Of a stretch of 64,000 nucleotides of DNA, positions 22,479 through 35,100 are shown one piece after another. Made by a program: the position numbers and the translations under genes. Numbering within the stretch: position 1 is the first letter of the stretch; each line of letters opens with the position of its first letter. The notes under the pieces were generated by a model. That model was not told the origin of the DNA, ran no database searches, and worked only from the letters and a program-made list of their open reading frames with translations. The stretch covers positions 463,512 to 527,511 of the forward strand of contig NW_003314295.1 in the NCBI RefSeq assembly GCF_000143415.4. The letters are read 5' to 3'. Origin of the DNA: Selaginella moellendorffii. Lineage: Eukaryota > Plantae > Lycopodiophyta.

Positions 22479-24944
22479 ATGTTTTTCTCTCTAGATCACG
22501 AGTTTGTGAGCTGTTACTGCAAGGACAAGACCGAGTTTGCTACTCTTCTCAGGGAATGTGGAAACTCGAGAGCTCTAGCGCGGGGTAAGCGTGTCCATTC
22601 TCTTCTTACTTCTGCCGGATATGGAGACGATGCGATCCTGTGCAACTTGGTCGTGCAGATGTATGGCAAGTGCGGTAACTTGGATGATGCCCGCTCCGTC
22701 TTCGATCGTATTCCTGCCAAGAACATCTACTCGTGGAACATCATGCTGTCAGCTTACCAGCGTGCCGGTTGTGGAGTTTCGGCACTCAAGCTGTTGCGGG
22801 AGATGGATTTGGATGGTGTTCGACCGGACAGTGTAACTTACGTAAGTTATGTCACCGCTTGTTCATCGGCTGGAGCAGTCGAGCAGGGAAAGTTTACTCA
22901 TTCCAGGATCGCTGCTACTGGGCACTTCGCAGCGGACGTTTCCGTGGGGAATTCGCTGGTGAACATGTATGGAAAGTTCGGACTCGTGGAGGAAGCCAGG
23001 ACGGTCTTTGAGAGCATGGTCGCAAGGAATACAGTGACTTGGAACACGCTTATCGGAGCTTATACCCAGAACGGGCATAGCAGGGAGGCGCTTGTGCTAT
23101 ACAAGCTGGCGAAAGAGAGCGGTGTGAAGATGAGCTATGTGACTTACGTGGTGGCTCTTGGCGCCTGTTCCACTCTCGGGCAAGGCAGGGAAGTTCACTC
23201 GGACATCGTCGCTGCGACGTGCGAGCTCAACGCTACGGTGGAAAACGCTTTGATCGGATGCTACTCCAGGTGCCAGAGTTTGGAAGATGCCCGGCTCGTT
23301 TTCAACTCCATGCAGTGCCGGAAGAACGCCGTCTCTTGGAACTCTATGATCTCGGCCTGTGTCGCGAACGGGCGTCCAGACGAAGCTCTTGAGATTTACA
23401 GGAGGATGGACTCGAGGCCTGACAGGGTGACTTTCATGGGTGTCCTCGGTGCCTGCTCTAGTCTTCCAGAGGGAAGAGAGATCCAGCAGCGTATCAAGGC
23501 TGAAGGCTTGCAGACTAATGCCTGTGTGGCCAACGCGCTGATAACCATGTACGGGAGGTGTGGAAGCTTGGTGGACGCGAGAGAAGTCTTTGACGCGATG
23601 CCGGAGCGAGATATCATCTCCTGGAACGCTCTGATCAACGCTCATGCTCAAAACGGCGATGGAAGAGGTGCTCTCGGGCTTTACCACGAGCTTCAAGCGG
23701 ACGACAAGCTAGAGCCGGATGGTGTGACTTTCGTGGCAGTTCTCGGTGCCTGCGTAGCCTGCAAAGACTTCAAACAGAGTGACGAGGTCTCCAAGCGGAT
23801 CATTCGTAGCGGGATCTACAAGGACGACGTTGTTCTGGCCACAGCCCTCGTGAGCATGCTTGGAAAGTTTGGCGAGATGGAACAGGCGAGGACAGTGTTT
23901 AGCGGCATGGCTAAAAGGACAGCCATCTCCTGGAACGCCATGCTTGCGGCATACTGTGACAACGGGCACGCTCGCAAAGCTCTGGAGCTCTACCACGCAA
24001 TGGACGTGGATCCGGACGAGGTGACTTACATGACTGTCGCGGAGGCGTGCTCGAGCTCGCGAGATCTTCAAGAGGCTGGAGCTCTACACGAGCGTGCTGC
24101 TGCGTCCGGCATGCTGGCTCACGTCCCCCTGGCCAACGCTCTGGTCGCGATGTATGGCAAGTGCCAGCGCCTGGACGAAGCAACCCGAGTTTTCGAAGGG
24201 ATTCCTCGCCGGAGTCTCGTCTCGTGGAACTCCATGATCGCGGCCTGTGTGGACAACGGGGAGAACGCCCGAGCTGTGGAGCTGTTCAAAGAAATGGAGC
24301 CGCCACCAGACGACGTAACTTTCCTGAGCGTCTTCGCGGCGTGCTCCAACCTTGGCGACTTGGCTATGGCGAGGGAAGCTCACGGAGCATTTGGATCCAG
24401 GGAGCTGCTCGATGACACCGTGGGAACTTCGCTCGTGAGCATGTACGGGAGGTGTGGGAGCCTCGCCGACGCTCGAGCGGTGTTTAAGAGGATGCCGAGG
24501 AGGGACGCGACGAGCTGGACGAGCATGATCGTGGCGTGTGCTCGCGGCGGCGATGGCGTTGCCGGGGTGGCGGCGTTCTACGCGATGGGACTGGAGGGAG
24601 TGGCTCCCGACGAGATCAGCTTCCTGGCGGTGCTCTTCTGCTGCAGCCACACGGGGCTGGCGCGCCAAGGCCGGGAGTTCTTCGTGCTCATGCTTGAGGA
24701 GCTGGGAGCTCGGGCCGAGCACTACGTGTGCATGGTCGACCTGGTTGGTCGGCTTGGATGGGTGGAGGAGGCACAGAAGCTCTTGGAAGCCATGCCTTTC
24801 CAGGCCGGTTCCATCGCGTGGCTGGCGCTGCTGGGGTCTTGCAACGTCCAGAGGAGCTCCCGGCGTGGAGCGCTGGCGGCCGAGCGCGTGATCGAGCTGG
24901 AGCTGGAGGAAGCGAGGCGTGGCAGCGATTTGCAAGGTTTGTGA
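22479..24944 (+). CDS. PLS-class pentatricopeptide repeat protein with partial E domain (intronless)
   Basis: Repeating MYGKCG/SWNxMI/PDxVTF triplets; HYVCMVDLVGRLG...MPF...WLALLGSC; no DYW domain. Confidence 0.92.
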   Translation: MFFSLDHEFVSCYCKDKTEFATLLRECGNSRALARGKRVHSLLTSAGYGDDAILCNLVVQMYGKCGNLDDARSVFDRIPAKNIYSWNIMLSAYQRAGCGVSALKLLREMDLDGVRPDSVTYVSYVTACSSAGAVEQGKFTHSRIAATGHFAADVSVGNSLVNMYGKFGLVEEARTVFESMVARNTVTWNTLIGAYTQNGHSREALVLYKLAKESGVKMSYVTYVVALGACSTLGQGREVHSDIVAATCELNATVENALIGCYSRCQSLEDARLVFNSMQCRKNAVSWNSMISACVANGRPDEALEIYRRMDSRPDRVTFMGVLGACSSLPEGREIQQRIKAEGLQTNACVANALITMYGRCGSLVDAREVFDAMPERDIISWNALINAHAQNGDGRGALGLYHELQADDKLEPDGVTFVAVLGACVACKDFKQSDEVSKRIIRSGIYKDDVVLATALVSMLGKFGEMEQARTVFSGMAKRTAISWNAMLAAYCDNGHARKALELYHAMDVDPDEVTYMTVAEACSSSRDLQEAGALHERAAASGMLAHVPLANALVAMYGKCQRLDEATRVFEGIPRRSLVSWNSMIAACVDNGENARAVELFKEMEPPPDDVTFLSVFAACSNLGDLAMAREAHGAFGSRELLDDTVGTSLVSMYGRCGSLADARAVFKRMPRRDATSWTSMIVACARGGDGVAGVAAFYAMGLEGVAPDEISFLAVLFCCSHTGLARQGREFFVLMLEELGARAEHYVCMVDLVGRLGWVEEAQKLLEAMPFQAGSIAWLALLGSCNVQRSSRRGALAAERVIELELEEARRGSDLQGL

Positions 24945-27900
24945 ATCTCGAGCTCTTTCTGCAAACCTTGTCGGCATTTATAGCATATAAATCATTTCCG
25001 AGAAGAGAAAGCATTCCTGGATTTGGATTGATCTTGGTGTCTCCTGGATAATCTAGTCTCTGAACACGAGGGGGTGGTCATTTCTAAAAGCTTGAAAATA
25101 CTGTAAGTTAAAAGTTCTCTGCTTCTTTACTTTCTTTCTTTACCCGATTTCCCAAAAGCCTGGTGCTGGGCTCCTGCAACAAAATCTGTGTGTTTTGATC
25201 GCCATGAAGGACACATTCATTCGCGAGCAGAGGTCGAGGGGCCCCTCAAGATTTAAATCTCTCTCCTCGACTGTCCAACCCTTTGGAAAGTAGCCATCTC
25301 GCGCGTTTTAAATCAACAAAATATTTCCTTTCAAGGTGTCAACGTGAGTCAAGGACCCCCTATGCATGGGAATTTAGCGATCTGGACGCTGTTGTGGGAT
25401 CATCACTCGCTCAGCTGTGAGTTCTTTCTCGTGGGGTCGCGGGATCTTGTCAATCAATGGGTGGGTCGTTTCTTTCACTCGCTCGTCTCGATCGATGGAC
25501 AGAGATTCATGGCCTAACCACAGGACTGACAATTGCCCGCCGGTGGGACAACATTCATATGATCATGGCTCCACACACTCCCACACACTGACCTTGGAAA
25601 TATAGGTACGAGATTAACATCGCTATCCTCCGCTCCAAGAGCCTGTCCTCCTCCGAAGATACCATCCACGTTACGTGGCTACGGTACGATCAAACTGCAT
25701 TTCTAAAGCTTGAAAGCAAAATCTTTATGTCCGGCTCGAACAAGCTGTGTACAAAAGTTACAGGCCAGAGAGTGACACATATATGAAATGACCCAAGAGG
25801 ATAATCAGCGAGGGTGGTGGAAGAAACTCTGTAGTTAAATGTGTAAGTTGGAAGGGGAGGATCATCTTAAGATCTGAGTGAGTCAGGTGTGTTTTTGGTG
25901 TGATACTTTGCAGGCCAAAATGCCTAAGGATTTAGGAAGACTTCAAAACTGTGTCATATCTCCAGTGTGGTAAAGATCACAATTTTTATATAGTTTTCTC
26001 TTACCAGCAAAGCATCTGGATTGAGATACAAGTTGGCCAGTACTTGTTTCTAATAATGTCTTTTTTCCTGTTTTATGCAGCCAAGTGACCACAATCTTCT
26101 CCAATTTTGCGGTACCACGATCTAGATTCATTCTTTGGCTTCTTTCAACAACACCAGGTCCTACAGACAAATGATACTAAGCAGATCCTTGCTTGTACAA
26201 GGACTAGCTGGAAAGGAAACTCCTTGCCCTTTGCTGTGAGCTTTCTTAGGAGCAAAGCCCTGCAAAACCACAGACCAGTGCTCCAGATGATGGGTTGTAC
26301 TCAACTTTTGCATCACTCACCAGATACAATAACATGATATCAGACTAATTAAACACAATGCTGTTTGTGCTGTGCTGGCAGCAAGTCAGGAGCACAGCAA
26401 AGAAATGAAAGCCATGCCCAGCAAAATCCATAACTATGACAAACATCAGGTGAGTATAATATGAGTTTGACTAGAGCATGCCCTCAATTACCCCTTTCAC
26501 CAACCAAAACTCTTTTTCACTGCAGTTTACCAGCCACACCAGAGAGACAGGCACACAGACAAAGCAATCACCCTCTTAGTGATCATAGGACATTTTTTTA
26601 TTTCCATATCTTTACATACTAAAAGAAGAACTTGTTAGAGAATGGAGATGAAGATGCTCCCTTTGTTTTGTTTATGTTTGTGGGGTCATATTGAGGTGTG
26701 ATCCCTCTCCACTCACCAGCAGTTGCTATCAAGATGAATTTTAACATGTATTTTGACCACCACCAACTCTACAGTAACAGTAGAAACATGCAATATTTAC
26801 TGTTCTGGGATTTTTATGGTGGAGGGTGGTAAGTTTCCTCACATGATGAAACTGCTATCATAAATTCCCCCAGTTTTTGCTGGTATTCTTGTAATTCCAC
26901 CACAAAGCACGATGAGGAAATGGGAGAAATACGACAAGATCATGTCGTAGTCACCTGCTCGCTATACGCATGGTGTACAAAGAAACGCCTCCCTGATCAG
27001 AAGATCAGATCAAAGCCTTTTCCTCCATTTTCAGAGTTGCACGCTTGTTTAATATACTGCGTTTTTCATTTTTCTGCTGGCAGGACAATACACACACCAC
27101 ACCCTCCGTGTACTTCGTACTTCTGTATTCTGGGTGCGTATGGGTTGGAGCCATAAATTGAAAATCATCTGGCAATAACACCGACATTTACAGTCCACAC
27201 AGTAAAAAACGGAGAGGACAAAAAGGGTCATCTAAACATATGCCCACAAAGGCAATTTCTGGTCATGGTGTTGTTGCGGCTTAACTCACACGCACGATCG
27301 CGCTTCTTGCGGATAATCTGGAAGAAACCGTGAGCTCTAGTCCCTAGCCTAGCATCTCTTTTGAATTCTGTGAAGGAGCTCTAGCTTTTTTTCTAAAGCC
27401 CAGTGTCCGCTAGTTCACCAGCTATGGCGTGGTGCCAAAACATTTTGTTATGGCGTTTAACCAGTAGCCTGAGCTGGCTGGCAAGCCCCGGGGAACACGG
27501 GGCTGGTTTTCCTGCGTGTCCAAACCTCTACTAGCGCCAGCTACGTGAAGACAACAACAATACCAAAGAACGGAGAACCAAGAGCAGCATAACCATTTGA
27601 CATTGGTTTTTTTTCTCCGTGGTATGACAAATCCACCAACTTGTATGACTGTCAACTGACAGACCCAAAAACTTGGAGTTTCCGAAACTCGTCTCAGTGG
27701 CATCTTATACTTGTAGACTCTTGGTTCTCAGCAGATGCCGAGATTTGGCATTACGTTATAATCAATTCATGTCTTCCGTGTCGCTTGGATCGCGAGAGGG
27801 CGATCGCTTTCAGCCCCGCATTTTTGTTTGCGAGCCTTGTCGAGGGTCTGTTCCAGGTACCTTCGTTCCAATTTGATTTCAAAACTCTCCTCGCGAGGAA

Positions 27901-28486
27901 TCAGTACAAAAGCTCCAAACTTTATTCCGCGAAATCCTGCTTTGGGGGAGGTCATCTTCTTACTTTGGTGCCACTGCTCTAAATTCTTTTCCGCTTTCTT
28001 TTCCCTGGTGTCATCGTCGTGGTTTGGCAGTCTTTCATTGTTTTTGTTGTGACCTTCTCATTGAGTTCTTTCCGTCCATCTTTTCTCTGGGCTCTCGCTC
28101 TTCTCCGCCTCTCTCAGCCTCGCCTTTAGCTTCAATGTGGATGCATTCTCCATGTGTTGCGTAGATTAGAGCCAGCAGCAGATATTTCATCTGGTTTTGG
28201 ACTGCGATCTCTCCTTGGAGCATTGCTTTCAAGACAATCAAGGCCTCTCACGGTGTGCCAAGCTGTTTGTAAGTCGTAAAGAAGTCCCAGACTGTTTGCA
28301 CTGCTTGCTTACCGCATCATTATAGCTCTCCACTTCCATTCCTTCCTCGGTTTCGTGGCCTTTTGCCTGAGACAACAAAACAAAAAGCAACCACCGAGCA
28401 AGAAGGAAGGAGAAGGAGAGGAGAAAAAAAGTCGTCACAGTAGTGAGGTGTGAGGAGAGGAGGAAAACATCCAAAGCTTTTCGGCT

Positions 28487-31400
28487 ATGGCAGACAGTCC
28501 AGGAAGATTGCTTTCAAGCATTTGTTTAGGTGGTGGTGGCGCTGGTGGCTATGGAAGCAGCGGCAGCGGCCAGCCCTCGGCAAAGTACGGCTGCGTAAAT
28601 ATTTTCCTCCATCTCTTCGATTGGAACCGGAGGCTCTCCAAAAAAGGCCTCTTCTTGAGCAAGAAATTGCTGCCGTCAACGCTAGGTGAGAATGAGAGCG
28701 AGCCAGAGAGAGAGAGAGAGAGGAGAGAGATAGAGCGAACTCTCTCTCTCTCTCTCTCTCCCTCCAATCGAAAAATAAGCATGCATTTCTAATTCTAGAT
28801 TTGCTCTGTGTGTTTGTGGCCAACCACAGAAGGGGCTGAGCAATCCGGGAAGAATAGGAGGAGAAGAAAGAGGAGGAGCAACAAGGCGGCCATGGTGGTG
28901 GCGGCGTGCGAGGAGCGTTTGCCCATGGCAAAGTTGCTCCTGGTAAGCTCCAAACATTTCAACCATGAAAAAGAGAACTTTTACTTCTTTCTGGAAATTC
29001 GACTAAAAAGGAGAATGCTGTGTTTGCTACTCAGATTGCTGATGAGAAGCGGACGAATGGCAGCAATTTCGATGACATTCCAGAGGAAAACGAAGAGGAA
29101 GAAGGCGAAGAGGAGGAGGAACTAGAGCTCGAGAACACCACCAATGCCAGCAAAGATAACTTGATGATCACCAGCGGCAGGAGCAGCTACAGCAGCAGCG
29201 ACAAATGCTTTCCCTGTTCTTCGGAGACTCGCTCGCTCCAGGAGCTCCTCCACACTGACCACGACGATTACTACCACCACCAGTTCGCTGCCTCTCCTCC
29301 CAAAATGCTGCACGAATTCCTCGACCCGGCCGAGCAAAAGCCGCTTTTCAGCCTTCTCATCCAGGAGGCCAAAGCAGCGTCGACATCGTCCTCCTCCATA
29401 GCTCTCCCAAATTCCCGGGAAGAACAGAGCCATCACCACCAAACTCCCAGCTCCAGAAACCCAAAGAGGAGCTCCAATTCCCTCTCCAGGCAAGTTTCCT
29501 CCGAGAGGCCGGCCTTCGCTCGCAGAGCAAACTCTCGCAAGTCCTCATCCTCGTCGCCCATGACCACTTCTTCCTCGTCTTCCTCCTCTACTAACAAATG
29601 CCCCCGTGTGGCAACTGATGCGAGTCTTGGAGTCGCGGCTTCTGGATGCGGTGGTTTCAGCAGAAGGACGTCCGGGCTCTTTCTCGAGGCAGCCGCAAAA
29701 ATACTTGATCCACGGGGCCAGTCGTCGAAGACGTTGACCAGGGTTGGCCACCTTTCTTCGCGGAAGAAAGTGCCCGTCTCGAAGGTACCACTCGACCACC
29801 CCGCCACAGCCGACGAAAGTAAAGCCGCCCCGGAAGAACACAAGCACAGAAGATCATTCGAGGTTCTTCCCTCGGACATCCAAAACTGCTTTGCAAACTC
29901 CTCCAGAGCATCGCTGCGCGAGAGGAGATCTGTCTCGGCACCTTGCTCGCCCGGTCCCCGCGGAGAAGAGAAAGAAGGCACCGTCCCATACACTAGCTGC
30001 GCGTCCATCCGCTCGCTCATGGAGCTCTTCCTGGACGACCTGGAGGAGGACATGGAGCTGAGCTGCCTGAGCCGGTCTCTAATCTCTCGATCACCTCGCG
30101 AAGACCATCAAAAACTTTCCGACGCAGCACCCCCCGATGATCACAGGCACTTCCGCTCCATCCATCTCCCAGATGGACGCGAACGCACGGTGGACGAGCT
30201 CGAAGAAGGGGACTACGTAAGCTTTCGGGACTTCCTCACGAAGGCGAAGAAGCCTAGTGCTACTCCGGCTCCTCCACCCGAAGTGGAGGAGGATGCCTCC
30301 ACTGCCGACGAGCAGCAAGATGATTGCTGCCATGTCCCCAGCGACCACCACGACAACTTTGGATTCATGGTCCACAATCCTTTGTTCGAGGGCAGTAACT
30401 CCCCATCATCTTACGACTGCAACGAGGAGGAGCTCGGCAACGATGACGACCGAGGTCTGGAGGAGATCCTCAAGTCCATCCTCACCCAGACGAGCGATCA
30501 AGCCAAGCAGCACCGCGATCCCTCGAGACTGACATGGCTACCGGATGAAAGCAGCAAGTTGGCAGCTCCAGATCAAAGCTTCAACATGGTACGTTTGCGC
30601 ATTCTTTCTGATGATCATTGGTAGAACTAGAGTTCTAAGCTTTCTTTCTTCTTGCAGTATAACAATACCAGCACCACCACCATTAACAACAAAGATGGCA
30701 GCAGTAGCTGCTCGGACGAGAGCCATCAAATGGACAGCGATAGCGTGGAAGTCACCTCCGAATCCAACTGTGGAGAGGACTGCGGTCAACCCAGCCCGGT
30801 CTCGGTGCTTGACTCCCCCTTTGACGATGATCTTCCGGGAAAACGAGGCAAGAGGGGCCCCTCGAGCAGCAGCAAAAGCAGTAGAAAACGACTAGACTTT
30901 TCTGGTAAGAATCCACACTTTTTTTCCTTGCGATCTCATCATCTTTTTCTTGTTCTTGCTTAGATGATCGTCACGCTAGGAGTGTAACCAGCAGCAACAC
31001 CAGCAGCAGCAGCGTGAGCTCGCCAAGTAGCATAGATCGGTTCCAAAACTTCGACACCAACGCGCTGGAGGAGGCCGAGGAGTACATCGCCATGGTCCTG
31101 GAGGAGTCGGGCATTTGCTACCATGCAAACGCGGTGACGCTGCTGGTGGCCGAGGCCAAGAGCGGTGGCGACTTCAACGCTGGGATCATCGGCGGCAGCG
31201 TCTTCGAGAGGCTCGAGGACCGGATGCGGGTGCAGCAGCTCATCGAGCACCTCGAGTCGTGCAGCACGTCGTCCAGTGCCGAGGATCGCCCCAGCCACCA
31301 CAGCCTCGAGAGCCTGAGAGCTCACTACGGGAGTTACCACGAGTCGAGGTCCCGGAGGAGGATGGTGTTCGACTTTGTGAACGAGATCCTGGGATCCATT

Positions 31401-31661
31401 GTCGCGAGGCACCTGGAAGATCACCACACGCGGGTTAGAACAGGGAGGCAACTTGCTCAGGAGACTCACCAGCGGGTTCTCGAGTGGAAGAGGCAGGCGT
31501 TTGATAGCATCCACGAGCTTGTTGACATGGAGATAAGTAGAGTGAGGAATTCTTTGAGTGGCAATCTTGGCGTAGAGGTCTCCGAGATTGGGCTAATCTG
31601 CGAGGAGCATATTTTCAAGAGCATGGTGGAGGAGCTGGCCAGGGACCTCGTAACCTCATAA
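28487..31661 (+). CDS. TON1-recruiting motif (TRM)/LONGIFOLIA-family DUF4378 protein, multi-exon
   Basis: GCVNIFLHLFDWNRRLSKK, KLLL-IADE, LFLEAAAKILDP, QPSPVSVLDSPF, RRRMVFDFVNEIL, EIGLICEEHIFKSMVEEL. Confidence 0.88.
28705..28760. repeat. (AG)n/(CT)n inverted microsatellite in TRM intron 1
   Basis: AG run 28705-28734 followed by CT run 28740-28760. Confidence 0.85.
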
Positions 31662-32176
31662 AAGTCGAATGTAGCCTTCTCTACGTACCTATTGTAAAAC
31701 TTCAATTTATTTATTTTTCTCTCGTTTCCGTGAGTGAGAAAGCTGGATGTAGCAGTGTCAAATAAATGAATACCAACATGACCATACCTCTTCAACGAGA
31801 GAAGCAACGCGAGGGTGTATTGCCATTACGGAGAGTATTTTCTTCCACCTGGAAAGCTGAACCAGGAGTACTTCTGGAGATTGTCAAGAGGACGACTTAC
31901 CCACCCAGGTAGCGCACGAAATCAATTCTGTGTGAAGTCGACGAAGTGCTTCTAGAAAGAACAATGGCAAGTTAGAGCTTTTGTTGTTTTATCTTCACGC
32001 AGCCAAATTTCCCAGAAGTCTTTGATAAAGTCTCGCTTGGTACTTCGAGTCCTGGACCATAAAGAACGTCAAATCGGATGCACTTTGCTACGAGCACACA
32101 TACCGAAATATGACTCGGACTGACGCCAATGGGGAGCAGAAAACCGGAAGCTTTTCAGATTTTACCAGCTCACTGT

Positions 32177-35100
32177 TCAAGGACGATTCCAGCAGCCGCA
32201 GCACAGCCAAGATACTAGGCTCTTTTTCGCAACCTTTGGTGATTCAGGCTCCAGAGATTCGGCAGGCTTGTCACGGGCAGCGTCGACGACACATGACATG
32301 GAAATGTCGGTGTCTGGGGCTTTCGTCTTTGGTCTACCCAAGCTTTCTTGTAGCTGCCTGAGATGGATCATGACTTCATCCAGGGTGGGACGTCTACAGG
32401 GATCCCGCACAAGAACGAAGCGAATGAACTCCACCACAGGGCCAAAGTTTCCAACTTTCTCTGCTTTTTCGTTTGTAATAAGCTCCTGGAGGTTGATAAG
32501 CTTAACCATTCAGCTTCACAAAATGTTTTTTTCCAGCGCTTACCTCTGAATTTGTCGTCACGCGAATAAAGAAACGCATCCAATCCTCGTCATAAAGAAG
32601 GTACTCTGCTGCTAGGAGCTCGTAGAGGAGGCACCCGAGACCCCAAACATCCACTGCTTTTCCAACACATGTATCAAGACTAGCATCCCCTCCTGTTCGC
32701 AAAAGCTTGAGCATTTCTGGACTTTTAACGTATTCTGTTCCCCTGTTTCGAACAGTGCATTCTCCTCCCTGAAACACGGACGCCTGCAAATATAGGAAGT
32801 CAAAGAAATCAATCACATTTTGCTTTTTTGAAATATAATAAATTTTACTTTGCTCTGGCCGAAGTCTGCGAGGCACACTCTGAATGGTAAAGGATGTGAA
32901 TTTTCTTCTGATGGTGGCCATGTAGGATCCCAAAACTCTTCCTCTGAAATAACAGAGTCAACAGGTTCAAGGAGAACATTGTCACACTTCAGATCATAAT
33001 GAACGACGTTGTGAACTTCAAGAACTTTCACCTGTTCCATCACAAGTGAGCTACAAACATAACCAAGGTAGAGCTTACCGCGTCAAGAACTGCAGCATAC
33101 ACCTCAAGGTAAAGCGGGAGCCGGTCGAAAAAGGACTTGCCCGATTTATGCGAATGCAAGCCTCCCTGATTTAGCCTCCATGCACGAAGGCTGCACTTGT
33201 AATGCTTCAACACGAGCACAAAAGTTTCTGATTCCAAGCCGTAGTCAAGCAACTGGCTGATTTTCGGTTCCCCCAAGAACTTCTCCAAAATCTGGACTTC
33301 CGAGTATACGTCGAAAAACTTGCAAGGTTCGTAAGGTCCTTTAGGAAGTTCCACAGTCTTCAGAACCACTAGCCTTTGCCCATCTTCCTCATTAACTGTG
33401 GCTTTGTAGATCTGTATACAGAAATACTGTTAGTCCACATATAACCATCCCGAAAGAGACCTGCGCAAATGCGCCATGAGCTATACGAATTCGGTTCCTG
33501 TATAGTGACGAGTTGAAAAGTCCTCTCCAGGAAAGCCTTAAGATTCTGAAGGCAGAGTGATGAAACGCTTTCATCCTCTCCGTTAAGCAGGGAAGCAAAT
33601 AAGAATTCGCTACATGATTCAGATCTGGATGCAAGTCAAGTTGAACAGTTTTCAATAGCAAAACAGCAAGTAAATAGAAAAGGATACGATAAAACAGGAA
33701 GAATGGAGCGTTGAGTTTCTGCTTCTCAGTTTGGAACCTATCACTGTATCTCTGGTCCAAAGTCCCCCTATGAAAAAAACTCAGAACAAGCTTAGTCCAA
33801 AGCGACAAGAAAGAAACAGCACTTACTGAGGTGTTAGCATCAAAGTTATGTAAAGCTCGAGTAGAAAAAGATGGAGGCTCGGGTTCCGGTAAAGTCTTCT
33901 TTGCGAGCGCTCCATTTCGTAAGGCGTGGTGAGCTTGCAGCTGCCACCTGAAGTTTGCCCGTCTCCTGCCAGAGAAACGCCCGGCGACTTGTTTCCAGGC
34001 TTGGAGACCTGAATCTCTGGCTTTGCCTCGGCAGTGTTTTCTTGATCGCCCTTCCTAGCAGATCTTGGAAGATTCAGCTTCGGTATGAACGGTCGAAACG
34101 ATGCCTTGCCACCCTCGTTTGCTAAGCTTCCAATGGAATCATCCTCAGAGTGAGTGAGAGACTCTGAATCGCTGCTGTCGTTCTCACTGTTTGGTCGATC
34201 CTGTCCATCTTCTTCTGCAAGTTCTCGCTCCACCTCTTCGTTCAGATCGAAAAACTTCCCAGTGTAGACCACTTTCTCAGGAGCAAAATCGCCTTCAATA
34301 TCCTCTGCTAGATTGTTCTCGTCAACTGTCACTGGAAATGCGACATTTTCACTCGCTTGCTCGTGGACAGGATGCCTTGGAACCGCAGGCTTCATAACCT
34401 CTTGCCACTTCTGTAGAAATTCATGCCTGCCGGTGAAGGGTCTGCTTAGCAAGTAGCTCTCGCACGATGATGACTGTACCGCGCTCAGAGTTCGAGCTGA
34501 CAGGAACCCGAGCTCCAGCTTTGGCATGTCTTTGGACAAGAACTTCTCCAACTTCTTATGCACAAGGCAGGACTTGTTCGAGCCTTCTAACTCTGGCGAA
34601 AGTAAGCAAAGTCCTTTTTTCAAGCCTGAAACTGATGGTGTTGTGACGTCGCTTGATACACTTGACTCCATGCTCGGATGGCTGGTTTCGGACGTACGTG
34701 CGCTAGGATCTCCAACATTCTTAGTGCGAAACGAACTCGCCGAGCTCCTTAGCTGCGATGCCAATGCCTTGTTTATCCTGACTACGTCCCTCGGAGTCGC
34801 TACTTGAGAGGCCTCGTACTCCAGGGCAATCTGGTGAACCAGGAAATCCATCACTCTGAGCTGCTTAAACCTCAGAGTCACATCGTCACTTTGATTTTGC
34901 GCCAATGCCAGCAGCACTTGTACGTGTACCGCACACTCAAGTGAGAGCTGCTCGTCTCTAACTTCCGCCTCAGAACAGGGAGCTTCATTATCCGAGCACC
35001 AGGCTAAAGTGCAGCTGTTCTCGCTCACTTTCTCGAGAGTTGGCTCGGCAAGTTTCAGTTTCCGTCCTTGCAGCAAGTTGACGTAGTAGAGATGTATAAG

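Noticed and set aside
24084-24977. Long antisense ORFs within PPR, PMIR and DUF1644 genes (also 50471-51325, 52473-53204, 54245-55063)
   Set aside because: Expected by-product of GC-rich codon usage on the sense strand.
25050-28480. Possible genes or miRNA hairpin in the long interval before the TRM gene
   Set aside because: No coding motifs or convincing long fold-back seen by eye; most likely promoter/5'UTR intron. RNA folding was not run.
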